Of a stretch of 43,536 bases of DNA, positions 43,394-43,536 are shown in pieces; the first letter of the stretch is position 1; every line of letters starts with the position of its first letter. The position numbers and the translations under genes were made by a program. A model generated the notes under the pieces. It was not told the DNA's origin, searched no databases, and saw nothing but the letters and a program-made list of their open reading frames with translations. Location of the stretch: contig DBQG01000001.1 of NCBI GenBank assembly GCA_002305125.1, forward strand, positions 1 to 43,536, read 5' to 3'. The DNA comes from Patescibacteria group bacterium UBA1400. Its GTDB lineage: Bacteria; Patescibacteriota; Microgenomatia; UBA1400.

Positions 43394-43536
43394 ATGAAAA
43401 AAGTTTACCTGGATTATGCTGCCACCAGTCCCTTAGATAAAAAAGCCCTGAAGGCGATGCAGCCCTTTTTTACAACTTATTTTGGCAATCCCAGCAGTCT
43501 TCACTCCTGGGGACAGAAAGCAAGAGCTAAAGTTGA
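43394..43536 (+). CDS. cysteine desulfurase (NifS/IscS class V aminotransferase), 5' fragment running off the window
   Basis: Hand translation from ATG 43394 gives MKKVYLDYAATSPLDKKALKAMQPFFTTYFGNPSSLHSWGQKARAKV..., the canonical NifS/IscS N-terminus. Starts 1 nt after the previous stop. Confidence 0.8.
   Translation, partial: MKKVYLDYAATSPLDKKALKAMQPFFTTYFGNPSSLHSWGQKARAKV

Noticed and set aside
1-43536. Alternative genetic code (UGA as Gly or Trp), as in some candidate phyla
   Set aside because: Several well-defined genes end cleanly at TGA (riboflavin kinase, the 1129-aa gene, uvrA) with correct family-length products. Conserved proteins show no in-frame TGA.

Overview
This is an AT-rich, tightly packed bacterial chromosome segment. 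It reads cleanly with the standard genetic code: TGA, TAA and TAG all close well-formed genes.

The window covers the replication-origin neighbourhood. dnaN and dnaA lie on the minus strand, with TTTTCCACA-type DnaA boxes on both sides of dnaA. The conserved rpmH-rnpA-yidD-yidC-jag(+rnhA) operon lies on the plus strand.

Two accessory blocks sit against this core:
- **2052-10472:** a plus-strand Gram-positive-style type IV secretion-like module. It holds an HExxH membrane protein, a 1129-aa multidomain protein ending in a CHAP hydrolase, a small membrane protein, a PrgI-like protein, a VirB4-N-domain-like protein and a VirB4-family ATPase. I see no relaxase or coupling protein.
- **13374-19740:** a 6.4-kb cassette of four orphan genes (383, 1250, 118 and 320 aa) wedged between dnaA and rpmH, which are normally adjacent. 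Its products are helical and E/R/Q-rich with glycine-zipper membrane segments, and I recognise no catalytic motif in them.

The right half is housekeeping:
- an SDR-epimerase::DUF4012 fusion, rplY and valS
- an MBL-fold hydrolase
- a contiguous uvrB-uvrA-uvrC set, with UvrC lacking its HhH2 tail, followed by a Cas4-like PD-(D/E)XK nuclease
- DUF167, glpX-fba-pgk and an orphan cytoplasmic histidine kinase
- an Rrf2 regulator, a DEDD exonuclease and the start of a cysteine desulfurase

I found no tRNA, rRNA, CRISPR array, transposase or integrase.

The gene style suggests a Patescibacteria/CPR-type organism: domain-minimised enzymes, 4-17 nt gene overlaps, the PrgI/VirB4 module, DUF4012 and giant low-complexity proteins. 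That assignment is inference. All family calls come from motif recognition by eye, with no database search.
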